NCBI RefSeq assembly: GCF_048403405.1
Contig: NZ_CP183129.1
Strand: one strand, 5' to 3'
DNA: 64,000 nucleotides
DNA from: Escherichia coli
Lineage (GTDB): Bacteria; Pseudomonadota; Gammaproteobacteria; Enterobacterales; Enterobacteriaceae
Below, piece after piece: positions 35,285 through 45,779 of the stretch. The position numbers and the translations under genes were made by a program. A model generated the notes under the pieces. It saw only the letters and a program-made list of their open reading frames with translations, had not been told where the DNA came from and did no database searches. The stretch's first letter is position 1; each line of letters begins with the position of its first letter.

Positions 35285-36469
35285 ATGAGTGAAACTCGTT
35301 TTCATGGTGCCCGTGTTACGGAAAATACCGACCTGGTAACAGCGATTAACGATGTTGATTCCAGCGTTATCGGTATCGTGGCAACGGCGGATGATGCGGA
35401 CGCGAAGCTGTTCCCGCTGAATAAGCCCACACTGCTGACCCGCGTCAATGACGTGCTGGGAAAATGCGGGACAACGGGGACGCTTTATCGTGCGCTTAAG
35501 GCCATCGCAGACCAGGTGAGCACAAAGGTGATCGTCGTTCGCGTGGCTGAACACAAAGAAGAAGACGGAAAGACGCAGGATCAACTGGTTATCGGTGGTT
35601 CTGAGGATGACGGCAGCTATACGGGGATGTATGCGCTGCTTGTTGCAGAGCAGGATGAAAGCATCGGATACCGTCCGCGTATTCTGGCCGCGCCGGAGCT
35701 GGACACGGAGGCTGTAACAAAATCCCTGTGCGTGATTGCAGGTAAACTGCGCGCGTTTGTGTATGCCTCATGTCACGGCTGTAACACGATGGCTGAGGCG
35801 ATTACCTACCGCCAGAAATTCAACGAACGTGAGGTGATGCTCTTATGGCCGGACTTCATCGCCTACAACCCGAAAAGTGGCAAAAACGAAACGTTCCCCG
35901 CGCCTGCCTATGCGTGCGGCCTTCGTGCGTACATTGACCATGAGCAGGGCTGGCACAAATCGCTGTCCAACGTTCCGGTTAAAAATGTGCTGGGAATGTC
36001 CAGGCATGTGTTCTGGTCGTTGCAGGCCGAAGACAGCGATGCCAACAGCCTCAACAACAAAGAAATCACGACCATTATTCGTCGCAACGGGTTCCGCTTC
36101 TGGGGCAACCGCACACCGGAAACGAACGCCTACATCTTTGAGGTGTATACCCGAACCGCACAGGTGCTGGCTGATTCAATTGCGGAAGCGCAGTTTGAAA
36201 CCATCGACAGTCCACTGACACCTGCGAACGTGAAGGATGTTATCAGCGCCATCAGGGCAAAACTGGATTCGCTGGTTACTGCCGGGAAACTGATTGGTGT
36301 GGAGTGCTGGTATGACGTGGTGGATAACGGCACCACGAATTTACGTCAGGGACGTGTGCGTATTCGCTACAAATATACGCCTGTTCCCCCGCTGGAAGAC
36401 ATGGAGCTTTACCAGACGTTTACTGATGAATTCTTTGGTCCCGCATTTGCGGTGCTGGGAGGTGCCTGA
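35285..36469 (+). CDS. FI: Contractile tail sheath protein FI
   Basis: 394-aa product of P2 FI size; followed by tube, E/E', tape measure and U in P2 order. Confidence 0.85.
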   Translation: MSETRFHGARVTENTDLVTAINDVDSSVIGIVATADDADAKLFPLNKPTLLTRVNDVLGKCGTTGTLYRALKAIADQVSTKVIVVRVAEHKEEDGKTQDQLVIGGSEDDGSYTGMYALLVAEQDESIGYRPRILAAPELDTEAVTKSLCVIAGKLRAFVYASCHGCNTMAEAITYRQKFNEREVMLLWPDFIAYNPKSGKNETFPAPAYACGLRAYIDHEQGWHKSLSNVPVKNVLGMSRHVFWSLQAEDSDANSLNNKEITTIIRRNGFRFWGNRTPETNAYIFEVYTRTAQVLADSIAEAQFETIDSPLTPANVKDVISAIRAKLDSLVTAGKLIGVECWYDVVDNGTTNLRQGRVRIRYKYTPVPPLEDMELYQTFTDEFFGPAFAVLGGA

Positions 36470-36981
36470 TGGCTGTACCAAAACATCTTCGCTTTTTTAC
36501 GTTGTTTGTGGATGGTGAAAACGAAGTGGGTAAAGTGACATCCGTCACGCCGCCCAAACTGACGCGCAAAACCGACAGCTATCGTGGTGGTGGCATGATG
36601 GGGGCGGTAAGTATTGATCTCGGTCTGGACGACTCCGCGCTTGATGCGAGTTTTGTCATGGGGGGAGCTGTTCGTGCGCTGTTCCTTAAATATGGCGGCA
36701 CGATTGACGGCACGCTGCTGCGTTTTGCGGGTGAATACTACACCGATGCAGAAAGCGATCTGTATGAAATCGAGATGCGCGGGCGTGTGACGGAAATTGA
36801 TATGGGGGAAGCCAAACAGGGCGAAGCCACATCACACACTTACGCTGTCAAAAACACCTACTACAAGCTGAGCGTTAACGATCGCCCGCTGTGGGAAATC
36901 GACCTGTTGAACCACATCTACCGGAAGGACGGCAAGGACATTGTGCCTGACCGTATCCGTTCCGCGCTTGGGCTTGGCTGA
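36469..36981 (+). CDS. FII: Tail tube protein FII
   Basis: 170-aa product; start overlaps the FI stop (TGATG). Confidence 0.85.
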   Translation: MAVPKHLRFFTLFVDGENEVGKVTSVTPPKLTRKTDSYRGGGMMGAVSIDLGLDDSALDASFVMGGAVRALFLKYGGTIDGTLLRFAGEYYTDAESDLYEIEMRGRVTEIDMGEAKQGEATSHTYAVKNTYYKLSVNDRPLWEIDLLNHIYRKDGKDIVPDRIRSALGLG

Positions 36982-37036
36982 TAAGTAATATGCAGGCGGC
37001 GCAGTGCGTCGCCTCTGACTGAAAAGGAGACAACTG

Positions 37037-37411
37037 ATGAAAGACATCGATACTGAAACCCGGAATAACACCGTGGCGGATGATGTGACGGCAGGTGAGG
37101 ATATGGCTGTCGAACGTGGCGTAAAACTGACCCGACCAATTGAGCGTGGTGGCGAAAAAATCACGTATGTGGAGATCACCGGGGCTATTGAGCAGGCTGG
37201 ATCCCTGCGTGGTCTGTCGCTGTCTGATGTGCTGAATCTGAAAGCGGATACCATGTTTACGCTGTTGCCTCGCGTGACCTCGCCACGACTGGATGAAGTG
37301 ATGATTAAAAAAATGTCGTCACGCGATTTTATTCAGTTGTGCGCTGTGGCTGTAAATTTTATGAGCGAGCCAGACTCTGGCGCGAAGAGCGTGCAGGAGA
37401 CGGCAGCGTAA
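37037..37411 (+). CDS. E: Tail assembly chaperone E
   Basis: 124-aa ORF with AAAGGAG upstream; an overlapping -1 frame ORF follows, the E/E' arrangement of P2-type tail chaperones. Confidence 0.75.
   Translation: MKDIDTETRNNTVADDVTAGEDMAVERGVKLTRPIERGGEKITYVEITGAIEQAGSLRGLSLSDVLNLKADTMFTLLPRVTSPRLDEVMIKKMSSRDFIQLCAVAVNFMSEPDSGAKSVQETAA
37307..37313 (+). promoter_or_regulatory. Candidate -1 programmed frameshift site (A7 run) for E+E'
   Basis: AAA AAA A in the E frame. The -1 frame has a TAA at 37306-37308 and is open from 37309 to 37575, so slippage on Lys codons would fuse E (to ...VMIKK) to the E' extension. Confidence 0.5.
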
Positions 37412-37575
37412 TCACCCTGGTGTGCTTTGAGCACATCGAAGATCTGGTGGCGGATATTGCCGCCATTTTTAACTGGTCGCCCGCCGAAATCTTCATGATG
37501 ACGCCCGGCGAAGTGGTTAGCTGGCGCGAGCGGGCGGCACTTCGCAGCGGGAATGCAGATAATGAAGACTCTTGA
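37309..37575 (+). CDS. E' extension (-1 frame) of the tail chaperone, expressed only by frameshifting
   Basis: Open -1 frame with no own start or RBS context; ends at a TGA overlapping the start of T. Confidence 0.55.
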   Translation, partial: KNVVTRFYSVVRCGCKFYERARLWREERAGDGSVITLVCFEHIEDLVADIAAIFNWSPAEIFMMTPGEVVSWRERAALRSGNADNEDS

Positions 37576-40369
37576 TATCCGGGTCGCTTTCAGCGCCGTT
37601 GACAGGCTGACCCGGCCTGCCGAAAACGCCCGCCGCCTGATGGGGCAGTTTGGTGACTCCATCCAGCGAACGCAGGGGGCGATCAAAAATCTCGAGCGTC
37701 AGGCGCGTTCATTTGAGCGCGCCCGTGACGCTGTCAGTAAAGCGGATGCTGGCATCGTGAAAGCACGACGCCAGCTTAACGCCCTTAATCAGTTACAACG
37801 CACGGGTACAGTGCTCAGCGAAAAACAACAAAAGCTGATGCAGCAGTTAAGCACCCGGCTTGAACGCCTGAATGAATCGCGCACACGGGAAATTCAGAAA
37901 ATGCGGGAGCTTGGCGGAGAGCTGAAACGCCACGGCATTTCCCTGACAGGCAGCGATAACACCATCCAGCAGGCCATCAGACGCACCGAACAGTACAACA
38001 ACCAGCTTGAACGCGAACGGCAGGCGCTTGCGCGTGTAACGCGGGCGCGTGAGCGGTATTCGCGCGCGCAGGAAACAGCGGGAAAACTGAAAACAGGTGG
38101 TGCGCTGGCAATTGGTGCGGCAGCGGCGGGCGGCTATGCTGCCGGGCGTTTTTTGCAGCCTGCGATCGGGTTCGGCAAAGAGATGTCCCGCGTTCAGGCA
38201 CTGACGCGAATCGACCAGAACAGCCCGCAGTTTAAGGCGCTGCGTGAGCAGGCGTTAAAACTTGGCTCTGAAACGCAGTTCACCGCAGGCGATGCCGCCA
38301 GTGGACAGGCATTTCTTGCAATGGCTGGCTTCACTCCGCAGGCCATTCAGGCTGCGCTTCCCGGCGTGCTGAGCATGGCAACGGCTGGCGGTATGGATCT
38401 CGGCGAGACGGCAGATATTGGCTCAAATATCCTGACGCAGTTCGGCCTTTCTGCTGACCAGATGGACCGGGTCGGTGACACACTCACCGCAGCGTTTACC
38501 CGTACCAACACTGACCTTCGCGCACTGGGCGAAACCATGAAATATGCAGGTCCGGTGGCGGGTAAGCTGGGAATATCGCTGGAGCAGGCCGCAGCGATGG
38601 CTGGCGTGCTGGCGAATATGGGCATCAGAGGGAGTGATGCCGGGACGGCAATGCGTGCCAGCCTGGCTCGTCTGGCATCACCGCCAAAGGCGGCGGCAGA
38701 AGCTCTGAAAGAGCTGGGCGTGTCCGTCTCGGATGCCGGGGGCAAAATGCGCCCGATGGAGGATGTGCTGGCCGACCTTTATAAAGCCACCCGTAAATAC
38801 GGGGAAGTTGACCGGGTATCGTTCTTTAAGGACATTGCCGGAGAAGAGGCTTTCACATCGTTTATGGCGCTCGTTGATGCAGCGGGTGACGGTTCCTTAC
38901 CCAAACTGAGAAAAGAACTTGAAGGCGCGCGCGGTGAGGCTGAACGCACAGCAAAGGTTATGGCCAACAACCTTGACGGCGATCTGAAATCACTCGGCAG
39001 TGCATGGGAAGGGTTGCGCATCCGCATTGCAGATCTGATTGACGGTCCGCTGCGTTCTGTCACGCAGTGGCTCACGCGGGTGGTCTCAAAAGTGACGGCA
39101 CTGGCGCAGGCCCATCCGGCACTGACGCGCCAGTTACTGATAGCGGGAGGTGCACTGCTGGCGACAACAGCAACGGTTGGTTCGTTGTCTCTGGTTATTG
39201 GGGTGCTTCACGGGAAGCTGGCTACGTTACGTCTCGGTTTTTCTCTCCTGACCGGATCAATGAATGCTGTCAGGGGCCTGCCAGCACTATGGGGAATGGT
39301 GACGGGTTCCGTTTCTTTACTGGGAGGCGCTATCGGGGCGCTGATCAGTCCGGTTGGTCTTATCGTGGCTGCGCTTGCCGGAGCTGCCGTTCTTATCTGG
39401 AAATACTGGGATCCCATCAGGGCATTTTTTGCCGGGGTGTTCAGCGGGATTATGGAAAGGCTGACCCCGTTGCGCGAAACCTTTGAACGGTTTGGTCCTG
39501 TTTTTGACGCAATCGGAAGCGGGATCAGCCAGGTGTTTAACTGGTTTAAATCGCTGCTGTCACCGATGGAGTCCAGCAAGGAAACGCTGGATAAATGTAC
39601 CAGTGCTGGCGAGATATTCGGTAACGTTCTTGGCGGTGCGTTACAGCTTGTTCTGACACCTGCAAAAATGCTACTGGATACGCTGGCGTGGATACTTGAA
39701 AAACTTGGCGTCCTTCCGGATGAAGCGGAAAAGGCGCGCAAGAAAATCGAAGACGCACAGCGTGCGGCCATTCTTCAGGACAAGGTTGCCTTGCTTCAGG
39801 GGGACCTTGCGAAAATCAATCCGCCGAAGCCTGTGGAAAATGGCAATGGCACCGGAGGTGATAAACCCAAAGACAACAAACCGCTCACAGACAGCAATAC
39901 CGGGACGCTACGCAGACTCAGCAAAATTGCTGATAACACAGGTAAGCTGGTTGATGAGACGAAAAAACGCATTGGCCCTGGCGATATTGTCTTTAAGAAC
40001 CTGCCCCGCGCACTTGCTGTTCGTGGGGAGTGGCAGGAGCGGAAGATTGCGCAGGTCAGTAAGCCTGCCCCCGCAATTAATATCACACCCGTAGTCCCGG
40101 CTCCGCTGCCTCCGGCGCTGGTCCCTGTTGTTGCGGCCAGCTCCCGCCCGGTGGCGGAGGCCATACGATCGCCAGTGGCATCAGTTCCTGCAGCTTCCCG
40201 TAATCGGGAGCCTGCTGTCTCCAGATTTGGCGGTGAAATTCATGTTCATCTGCATAACGTTGTTACGCAGAATCCCCGCGAACTGGCGAAACTGGTCGGT
40301 GAAATGGTCAGGGCAGAGATGGAACGGCGCGCCCGTGCCGGACGTGGCAGTTTTTACGATAAAGATTGA
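37553..40369 (+). CDS. T: Tail tape measure protein T
   Basis: 938-aa product with coiled-coil N-terminal half and Gly/Ala-rich hydrophobic central segments; the start could instead be the ATG at 37562. Confidence 0.85.
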   Translation: MQIMKTLDIRVAFSAVDRLTRPAENARRLMGQFGDSIQRTQGAIKNLERQARSFERARDAVSKADAGIVKARRQLNALNQLQRTGTVLSEKQQKLMQQLSTRLERLNESRTREIQKMRELGGELKRHGISLTGSDNTIQQAIRRTEQYNNQLERERQALARVTRARERYSRAQETAGKLKTGGALAIGAAAAGGYAAGRFLQPAIGFGKEMSRVQALTRIDQNSPQFKALREQALKLGSETQFTAGDAASGQAFLAMAGFTPQAIQAALPGVLSMATAGGMDLGETADIGSNILTQFGLSADQMDRVGDTLTAAFTRTNTDLRALGETMKYAGPVAGKLGISLEQAAAMAGVLANMGIRGSDAGTAMRASLARLASPPKAAAEALKELGVSVSDAGGKMRPMEDVLADLYKATRKYGEVDRVSFFKDIAGEEAFTSFMALVDAAGDGSLPKLRKELEGARGEAERTAKVMANNLDGDLKSLGSAWEGLRIRIADLIDGPLRSVTQWLTRVVSKVTALAQAHPALTRQLLIAGGALLATTATVGSLSLVIGVLHGKLATLRLGFSLLTGSMNAVRGLPALWGMVTGSVSLLGGAIGALISPVGLIVAALAGAAVLIWKYWDPIRAFFAGVFSGIMERLTPLRETFERFGPVFDAIGSGISQVFNWFKSLLSPMESSKETLDKCTSAGEIFGNVLGGALQLVLTPAKMLLDTLAWILEKLGVLPDEAEKARKKIEDAQRAAILQDKVALLQGDLAKINPPKPVENGNGTGGDKPKDNKPLTDSNTGTLRRLSKIADNTGKLVDETKKRIGPGDIVFKNLPRALAVRGEWQERKIAQVSKPAPAINITPVVPAPLPPALVPVVAASSRPVAEAIRSPVASVPAASRNREPAVSRFGGEIHVHLHNVVTQNPRELAKLVGEMVRAEMERRARAGRGSFYDKD

Positions 40370-40375
40370 GGAGTC

Positions 40376-40870
40376 ATGGTCATGATGATGATCTACGGCA
40401 TGTTTGTTTTTGAGCTGCGCACACTGCCGCATCAGCAGTTACAGCAAAACAAAAGCTGGCGGCATGTGAAAAATGAACGCGTTAACCGTTCAGCAAGCTG
40501 GCAGTATATAGGTGCAGGTGATGATCGCATTGTGCTTTCCGGCGTGCTTTATCCTGAAATTACAGGTGGCGAAGTGTCGCTTTCGTTGCTGACCACGCAG
40601 GCATATACAGGACGCCCCTGGCCTCTGATTGATGGTGTCGGGCAGATTTACGGCATGTATGTGCTGACTGAAACGAATACGACCCGTTCCGAGTTTGATC
40701 GCTACGGTAAGGCGAAAAAGATAGAATTTTCACTGACCCTTGAACGCTGTGATGAGGATTTGCGGGAGCGCCTGCAATCCTCATCATTCAGCGATATGCT
40801 GTCCGGCTTCAAAGATAAGGTGACATCATCTCTTAACAGCGCGGCCAGTTCAGTTAAAGGGCTGTTCTGA
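40376..40870 (+). CDS. U: Tail protein U
   Basis: 164-aa product (MVMMMIYGMFVFELRTLPHQQLQ...), gpU-like. Confidence 0.8.
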   Translation: MVMMMIYGMFVFELRTLPHQQLQQNKSWRHVKNERVNRSASWQYIGAGDDRIVLSGVLYPEITGGEVSLSLLTTQAYTGRPWPLIDGVGQIYGMYVLTETNTTRSEFDRYGKAKKIEFSLTLERCDEDLRERLQSSSFSDMLSGFKDKVTSSLNSAASSVKGLF

Positions 40871-40883
40871 TTTAACACAAAAA

Positions 40884-40916
40884 CCGCTAATGGTCAGATT
40901 AGCGGTTATTTTGTTT
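40884..40916. terminator. Terminator hairpin between convergent U and invertase genes
   Basis: CCGCTAAT-ggtcag-ATTAGCGG followed by TTATTTTGTTT on the plus strand, with a T-run also on the minus-strand side; overlaps the invertase stop. Confidence 0.65.
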
Positions 40917-41493
40917 CCTGACTCTTCTCTATTGTTCCGATTGATTCTCCTGCGGGGTGGTAACGATAAATCGTCGATATACCAATGCCGTAAATTATTG
41001 CCAGTTGTTTTCTGTCGTGCCCGTTTTTGATCAGCCTTGCTATTTGCTCATGCTGTTCTTTTGTCAGCTTCGGTCGACGTCCGCCTGTGCGCCCCCGTGC
41101 GCGTGCTGCCGCCAGTCCGGCCAGTGTACGTTCAACAATTAATTCACGTTCCATTTCAGCCAGGGCACCCATCACGTGGAAGAAAAAACGCCCCATTGGA
41201 GAAGATGTATCTATGCTGTCGGTCAGACTGCGAAAATTAATTCCTCGCTCCCGTAGTTCCCCGACGAGAGAAATCAGATGTTTCATGCTTCGCCCGAGGC
41301 GATCCAGTTTCCAGACAACCAGCGTGTCACCTTTTTGAAGGCGCTTTAAAGCGCGTTTTAATCCCGGTCGGTCTGTCTTTGTCCCGCTTAATTTATCTTC
41401 AAATATTTGTTCACATCCTGCACAAACAAGAGCGTTTCGTTGCAGGTCTGTATTCTGGTCATTTGTTGATACCCTTACATAGCCAATCAGCAC
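40906..41493 (-). CDS. pin: Serine DNA invertase (Hin/Gin/Cin/Pin family)
   Basis: GTG at 41493 gives MLIGYVRVSTNDQNTDLQRNAL... with the catalytic Ser in GYVRVST and a C-terminal HTH; the track ORF starts at TTG 41511. Confidence 0.9.
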   Translation of the reverse strand: MLIGYVRVSTNDQNTDLQRNALVCAGCEQIFEDKLSGTKTDRPGLKRALKRLQKGDTLVVWKLDRLGRSMKHLISLVGELRERGINFRSLTDSIDTSSPMGRFFFHVMGALAEMERELIVERTLAGLAAARARGRTGGRRPKLTKEQHEQIARLIKNGHDRKQLAIIYGIGISTIYRYHPAGESIGTIEKSQETK

Positions 41494-41547
41494 GCTGAAT
41501 CTCCCGTCCAAAAGCGCAAATCATGCCATGCAGGCCGGAAACGGCCA

Positions 41548-41575
41548 TTATCTAAAACCTCGGTTTACAGGAAAC
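41548..41575. other. gix/pix-type recombination site (left)
   Basis: TTATCTAAAACCTCGGTTTACAGGAAAC, differing at one base (position 6, T vs C) from the Mu gix sequence TTATCCAAAACCTCGGTTTACAGGAAAC as I recall it. Confidence 0.75.
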
Positions 41576-42581
41576 GGTAAACAAGGCTGGTAACGCCGTC
41601 CAAAAGACAGGCGATATCTTGTCCGGTGGGCTTACTTTTGAAAACGACTCAATCCTTGCCTGGATTCGGAATACTGACTGGGCAAAGATTGGTTTTAAAA
41701 ATGATGCCGACAGCGATACTGATTCATACATGTGGTTTGAAACAGGCGACAACGGCAATGAATATTTCAAATGGAGAAGCAAACAAAGCACCACAACAAA
41801 AGACCTGATGAATCTTAAATGGGATGCTTTGTCTGTTCTTGTTAAAGCCCTTTTCAGCAGTGAAGTAAAAATATCGACAGTCAATGCACTGAGGATATTT
41901 AATTCATCTTTTGGTGCTATTTTTCGCCGTTCTGAAGAATGCCTGCATATCATCCCGACACGAGAGAATGAGGGAGAAAATGGTGATATAGGGCCACTAC
42001 GCCCCTTTACGCTTAATCTCAGAACTGGTCGGATAAGCATGGGGCATGGTCTTGATGTTACAGGGGATATATTTGCAAACCGTTTTGCAATTAACAGTAG
42101 TACCGGCATGTGGATTCATATGCGTGACCAGAATGTTATTTTGGGACGCAATGCGGTATCCACCGATGGTGCACAGGCATTACTTCGTCAGGACCATGCT
42201 GATCGCAAATTTATGATTGGTGGGCTGGGAAATAAGCAATTTGGCATCTACATGATTAATAACTCAAGGACAGCTAATGGCACCGATGGTCAGGCGTACA
42301 TGGATAATAACGGGAACTGGCTTTGCGGTTCGCAAGTTATTCCCGGCAACTATGGCAATTTTGATTCCAGATATGTGAAAGATGTTCGACTTGGTTCACA
42401 GCAATATTATGGAGTGAACAACTGGCAAACATGGAATTTCCAGTGCCCGTCAGGTCATGTATTGTCTGGTATTAATGTTCAGGATACAGGGTCCAACTCT
42501 GCCGATAATATAGCGGGCGTTTATTACAGACCCGTTCAAAAGTATATAAATGGCACCTGGTATAATATAGCGAGCGTTTAA
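41576..42581 (+). CDS. Alternative tail-fiber C-terminal segment (Sv'-like), silent in this orientation
   Basis: Frame continues in phase through the left site ([14 protein letters not shown]...) and has a TAA inside the site, so there is no own start; ends [12 protein letters not shown] like the active fiber end. Confidence 0.7.
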
Positions 42582-42582
42582 T

Positions 42583-43110
42583 ATGATGCACTTAAAGAAC
42601 ATAAAAGCGGGTAATGCTAAAACACTGGAACAGTATGAGTTAACAAAGAAGCACGGAGTCATCTGGCTTTACTCTGAGGACGAAAAAAACTGGTATGAGG
42701 AAGTGAAAAACTTTCAGCCAGACACCATAAAGATTGTTTACGATGCAAATAATATTATTGTCGCCATCACTAAAGATGCCTCCACGCTTAACCCTGAAGG
42801 TTTTAGCGTCGTTGAGGTTCCAGATATTACAGCCAACCGCCGCGCTGATGATTCAGGAAAGTGGATGTTTAAGGATGGAGCTGTAGTTAAACGGATTTAT
42901 ACGGCAGACGAACAGCAACAACAGGCCGAATCACAAAAGGCCGCATTGCTTTCCGAAGCTGAATCAGTCATCCAGCCGCTGGAACGCGCTGTCAGGCTGA
43001 ATATGGCAACAGACGAGGAACGCACACGACTGGAAGCATGGGAACGCTACAGTGTTCTGGTCAGCCGTGTGGATACGGCAAATCCTGAATGGCCACAAAA
43101 GCCTGAATAA
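42583..43110 (+). CDS. Tail fiber assembly protein, alternative copy
   Basis: 175-aa product [23 protein letters not shown]..., paralogous to the 43139-43672 gene. Confidence 0.8.
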   Translation: MMHLKNIKAGNAKTLEQYELTKKHGVIWLYSEDEKNWYEEVKNFQPDTIKIVYDANNIIVAITKDASTLNPEGFSVVEVPDITANRRADDSGKWMFKDGAVVKRIYTADEQQQQAESQKAALLSEAESVIQPLERAVRLNMATDEERTRLEAWERYSVLVSRVDTANPEWPQKPE

Positions 43111-43115
43111 AAATT

Positions 43116-43135
43116 AAGGCCCGCTATCGGGCCTT
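43116..43135. terminator. Hairpin between the convergent tail fiber assembly genes
   Basis: AAGGCCCG-ctat-CGGGCCTT. Confidence 0.5.
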
Positions 43136-43138
43136 GTC

Positions 43139-43672
43139 TCATTCAGGTTGTTCGGGAAATGTTACTGGCAGGCTGGAGGTGTCTGTAGATTCGACTTTCT
43201 GCGCATAGAGCATCCACTCGGTTAATTTTGGTTTATTCTCGTCGGAAATGATGCCCAGCCGTAGCTGTGAGTCCCATAGCTGGGTTTTATCCCTGACAAG
43301 TTGCAACAGGCTTTGCTTTTCATTTTCCGCCTGCTGCCTCTGCTCTTCCTCGGTATAAGTTCGCTTTACCACTACGCCATCTTTGAACATCCATTTACCC
43401 GAAATGTCAGCACGGCGATTTGCTGTAATATCAGGTAATTCAACGACGCTTGCGCCTTCCGGATTAATTGCTGAAACATCCTTTTCAATACAAATAATAA
43501 CGCCGTTATGGTCATAGACCATTTTTAAAGTGTCTGGCTGGAAATTCTTTTGTTCCTCATACCAGTTTTTTCCATCCTCTGAATAAAGCCATTTGATGTT
43601 AAATTGTTTCGTTAGCTGGTATTGCTCTTTTGTTTTAGGGTTGCCAGCAGTAATGTTTTTTAAGTGCATCAT
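43139..43672 (-). CDS. Tail fiber assembly protein (G-like), active orientation
   Basis: 177-aa product [23 protein letters not shown]..., immediately downstream of the fiber gene. Confidence 0.85.
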   Translation of the reverse strand: MMHLKNITAGNPKTKEQYQLTKQFNIKWLYSEDGKNWYEEQKNFQPDTLKMVYDHNGVIICIEKDVSAINPEGASVVELPDITANRRADISGKWMFKDGVVVKRTYTEEEQRQQAENEKQSLLQLVRDKTQLWDSQLRLGIISDENKPKLTEWMLYAQKVESTDTSSLPVTFPEQPE

Positions 43673-43674
43673 CG

Positions 43675-45777
43675 TTAAATACTCCCCGCGTTATACCACG
43701 TCCCATTAATGCAATACTGAATTGGCCTTGCCTGAGTTGTATCAATTAATTCATCACGGTTTCCGTTAACTGAACCCGTAACGACATAACCTGACCTGTC
43801 AGACCAGCCGGGACCATTCCATGTCTGAACAGATGACAGACCGCCAAGGCGAATACCTGTAATAAACCTTGAGTTACATTCTGCCTGCGTGTATGCACCA
43901 ACATCTCCCGCTGAGGGTTTGCGGGTCGTGGTGTAAAACTCTGACCAGTCAGCTTCAAAGCCATAACCATCACGCGCTGAACGATAAAAAATGCCGCCGT
44001 TCCTGTAATTCACGCGGAACTGTACAGCAGGGCAACTCCCCGCATTCATATTGAAATGAAGAATTAACGTTGATGCGCCGGTGATTCTGGCGCAATAAAC
44101 TCCGCTGTTCCAGTTCCAGCCAACAGCTTTATCATTTCCGACAGTGCTTCCTGTTTGCCCTAAAGCAAATGCAGGTTGTTGATTTTTCGTGTTGTAGTCT
44201 CGTCGCCAGCCAGGAGCGTAAGCATCACCATGATTGATATAAGTGAATTGAGCGTTAGTAATTCCGCCACCGCTGGACGTGCTCGGCGTGGTAACGCGTA
44301 TGGTCATTGCGCCGCGAGTGCCAATAACTTCCACCACAGCACCTGCAAGACAAATATTTCCGCAACCTGTATCTGTAATGACCTTATTATTTGCATAAGC
44401 CCATGAGCCTTTGCACATCCAGTAAGGATGGTTAAATGCTCCCTGACTCTCCAGCCACGAAATAAATTGCGCGGTTGTCCAGACCTGACTATCGCCACCA
44501 ATATTCAGCCATGCGCTATATGCGCGGCAGGCACCAATATTTTTGGTGAAGGTATCTTTTCCTGGAATATCTGCGCCGTTCTGGTTTTTCTGTAATGCGC
44601 CAGAAGCCTGATTTACCGTTTCCTGTAAACCGAGGTATTCGATAACGGCAGCAACGGTCGATTTCGCAAGAATATCCCGCCCGACTTTTGTCAGGGTTGC
44701 CAGGCTGGCGACATCATTCCCCGTAAAATACGGAAACCTGTCTGCCGCAGTAGCAAGCCCGGCCAGCGCCGTCAGGGTGGCATCTTTCGGTTGCTTACCC
44801 GCAAGCGCTTTAGTCATGGTGGTCGCAAAATTCGGGTCGTTTCCCAGCGCCGCCGCTAACTCGTTCAACGTATTCAGTGCGTCAGGCGACGAGTCTACAA
44901 GTGCGGCAATCGCGGCCATCACATAAGCCGTGCTTGCGATCTGAGTATTATTAGTCCCTTTTGGCGCAGTTGGCGTTGTTGGCGTTCCGGTCAGTGCAGG
45001 ACTATTTAAGGGCGCTTTCTTGTTCGTTTCATCCATTACCGCCTTAACCGCTTTTGGCGTCGCAGCCAGCGTTTCAGATGTGCTGTTGGTGGCGCTACTG
45101 AGCTGAACTATCCCTTTTCGCGCAGTGGTAGCGTCCTGTGCGGTGTATTTGCCATTAGCCAGGTCATATGCCGCCTTAACAGCCTTTGGCGTTGCCGCAA
45201 GCGTTTCAGACGTGCTGTTAGTGGCGCTGCTAAGTTGAACAAAGCCTTTTGCGGTCAGCGAGGCGTCCGGGTGACGTCGTGAGTGTTCATGCTCTTTCAG
45301 TTTGTCATCCACGTAATCCACTGTGGCCATCACCATGGTGTTATCCACGGTAAGCGCCACGGTGGCAGTGCTGGATACGGTCAGAATGGTGCGAAATGTT
45401 TGTGCACGTCCTGACCCTTCGGCAACGGCTGGCTTGTAACTTTCGGCAGTATTGCCTACTGCGATTAAATCGCCGTGCTCATCAAACACACCAATTTCCC
45501 GGATCCAGAATCCGCCCGTTTCTGGAGGAATAACCAGCTCCGCAATAATGCGGTTCTGATGTGTTGCGTCCAGTATGACGCGATTAACAGTGTGTCGCCA
45601 CACCTCATGCACCAGACGGGTCTGCTTACTGTCTGGTGTGGGCAACGTGCCGCCACCGTCGCCCACGGCCATATGAGTCAGGCGGACAGGCTTACCATCT
45701 GGCGCGGCTGCCTGAGCTAATTTTTTTGCACCCGTATCGGTGATAACGGTTTTAAATTTTCGTGTTGTGGTACTCAT
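43675..45777 (-). CDS. H: Tail fiber protein H, with its C-terminal ~320 codons inside the invertible segment
   Basis: 700-aa ORF; reading frame passes through the right recombination site at residues [11 protein letters not shown]. Confidence 0.85.
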   Translation of the reverse strand: MSTTTRKFKTVITDTGAKKLAQAAAPDGKPVRLTHMAVGDGGGTLPTPDSKQTRLVHEVWRHTVNRVILDATHQNRIIAELVIPPETGGFWIREIGVFDEHGDLIAVGNTAESYKPAVAEGSGRAQTFRTILTVSSTATVALTVDNTMVMATVDYVDDKLKEHEHSRRHPDASLTAKGFVQLSSATNSTSETLAATPKAVKAAYDLANGKYTAQDATTARKGIVQLSSATNSTSETLAATPKAVKAVMDETNKKAPLNSPALTGTPTTPTAPKGTNNTQIASTAYVMAAIAALVDSSPDALNTLNELAAALGNDPNFATTMTKALAGKQPKDATLTALAGLATAADRFPYFTGNDVASLATLTKVGRDILAKSTVAAVIEYLGLQETVNQASGALQKNQNGADIPGKDTFTKNIGACRAYSAWLNIGGDSQVWTTAQFISWLESQGAFNHPYWMCKGSWAYANNKVITDTGCGNICLAGAVVEVIGTRGAMTIRVTTPSTSSGGGITNAQFTYINHGDAYAPGWRRDYNTKNQQPAFALGQTGSTVGNDKAVGWNWNSGVYCARITGASTLILHFNMNAGSCPAVQFRVNYRNGGIFYRSARDGYGFEADWSEFYTTTRKPSAGDVGAYTQAECNSRFITGIRLGGLSSVQTWNGPGWSDRSGYVVTGSVNGNRDELIDTTQARPIQYCINGTWYNAGSI
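44618..44645. other. gix/pix-type recombination site (right), inside the tail fiber gene
   Basis: GTTTCCTGTAAACCGAGGTATTCGATAA, the reverse complement of the left site with two mismatches. Confidence 0.75.
45041..45268. repeat. Tandem direct repeat (two copies of ~96 bp, 132-bp period) inside the tail fiber gene
   Basis: Encodes [23 protein letters not shown] twice, 44 aa apart. Confidence 0.8.
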
Positions 45778-45779
45778 GC

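Larger units (their letters stand above)
41548..44645. mobile_element. Invertible tail-fiber host-range segment (G/C/P-segment type)
   Basis: Bounded by the inverted sites at 41548-41575 and 44618-44645 (26 of 28 nt identical); contains two alternative fiber C-termini and two assembly genes in opposite orientations. Confidence 0.8.

Noticed and set aside
35285-40870. Sheath-tube-tape measure module considered as a stand-alone tailocin or contractile injection system
   Set aside because: Capsid, scaffold, portal and terminase genes are present in the same element, so it is a complete phage morphogenetic set.
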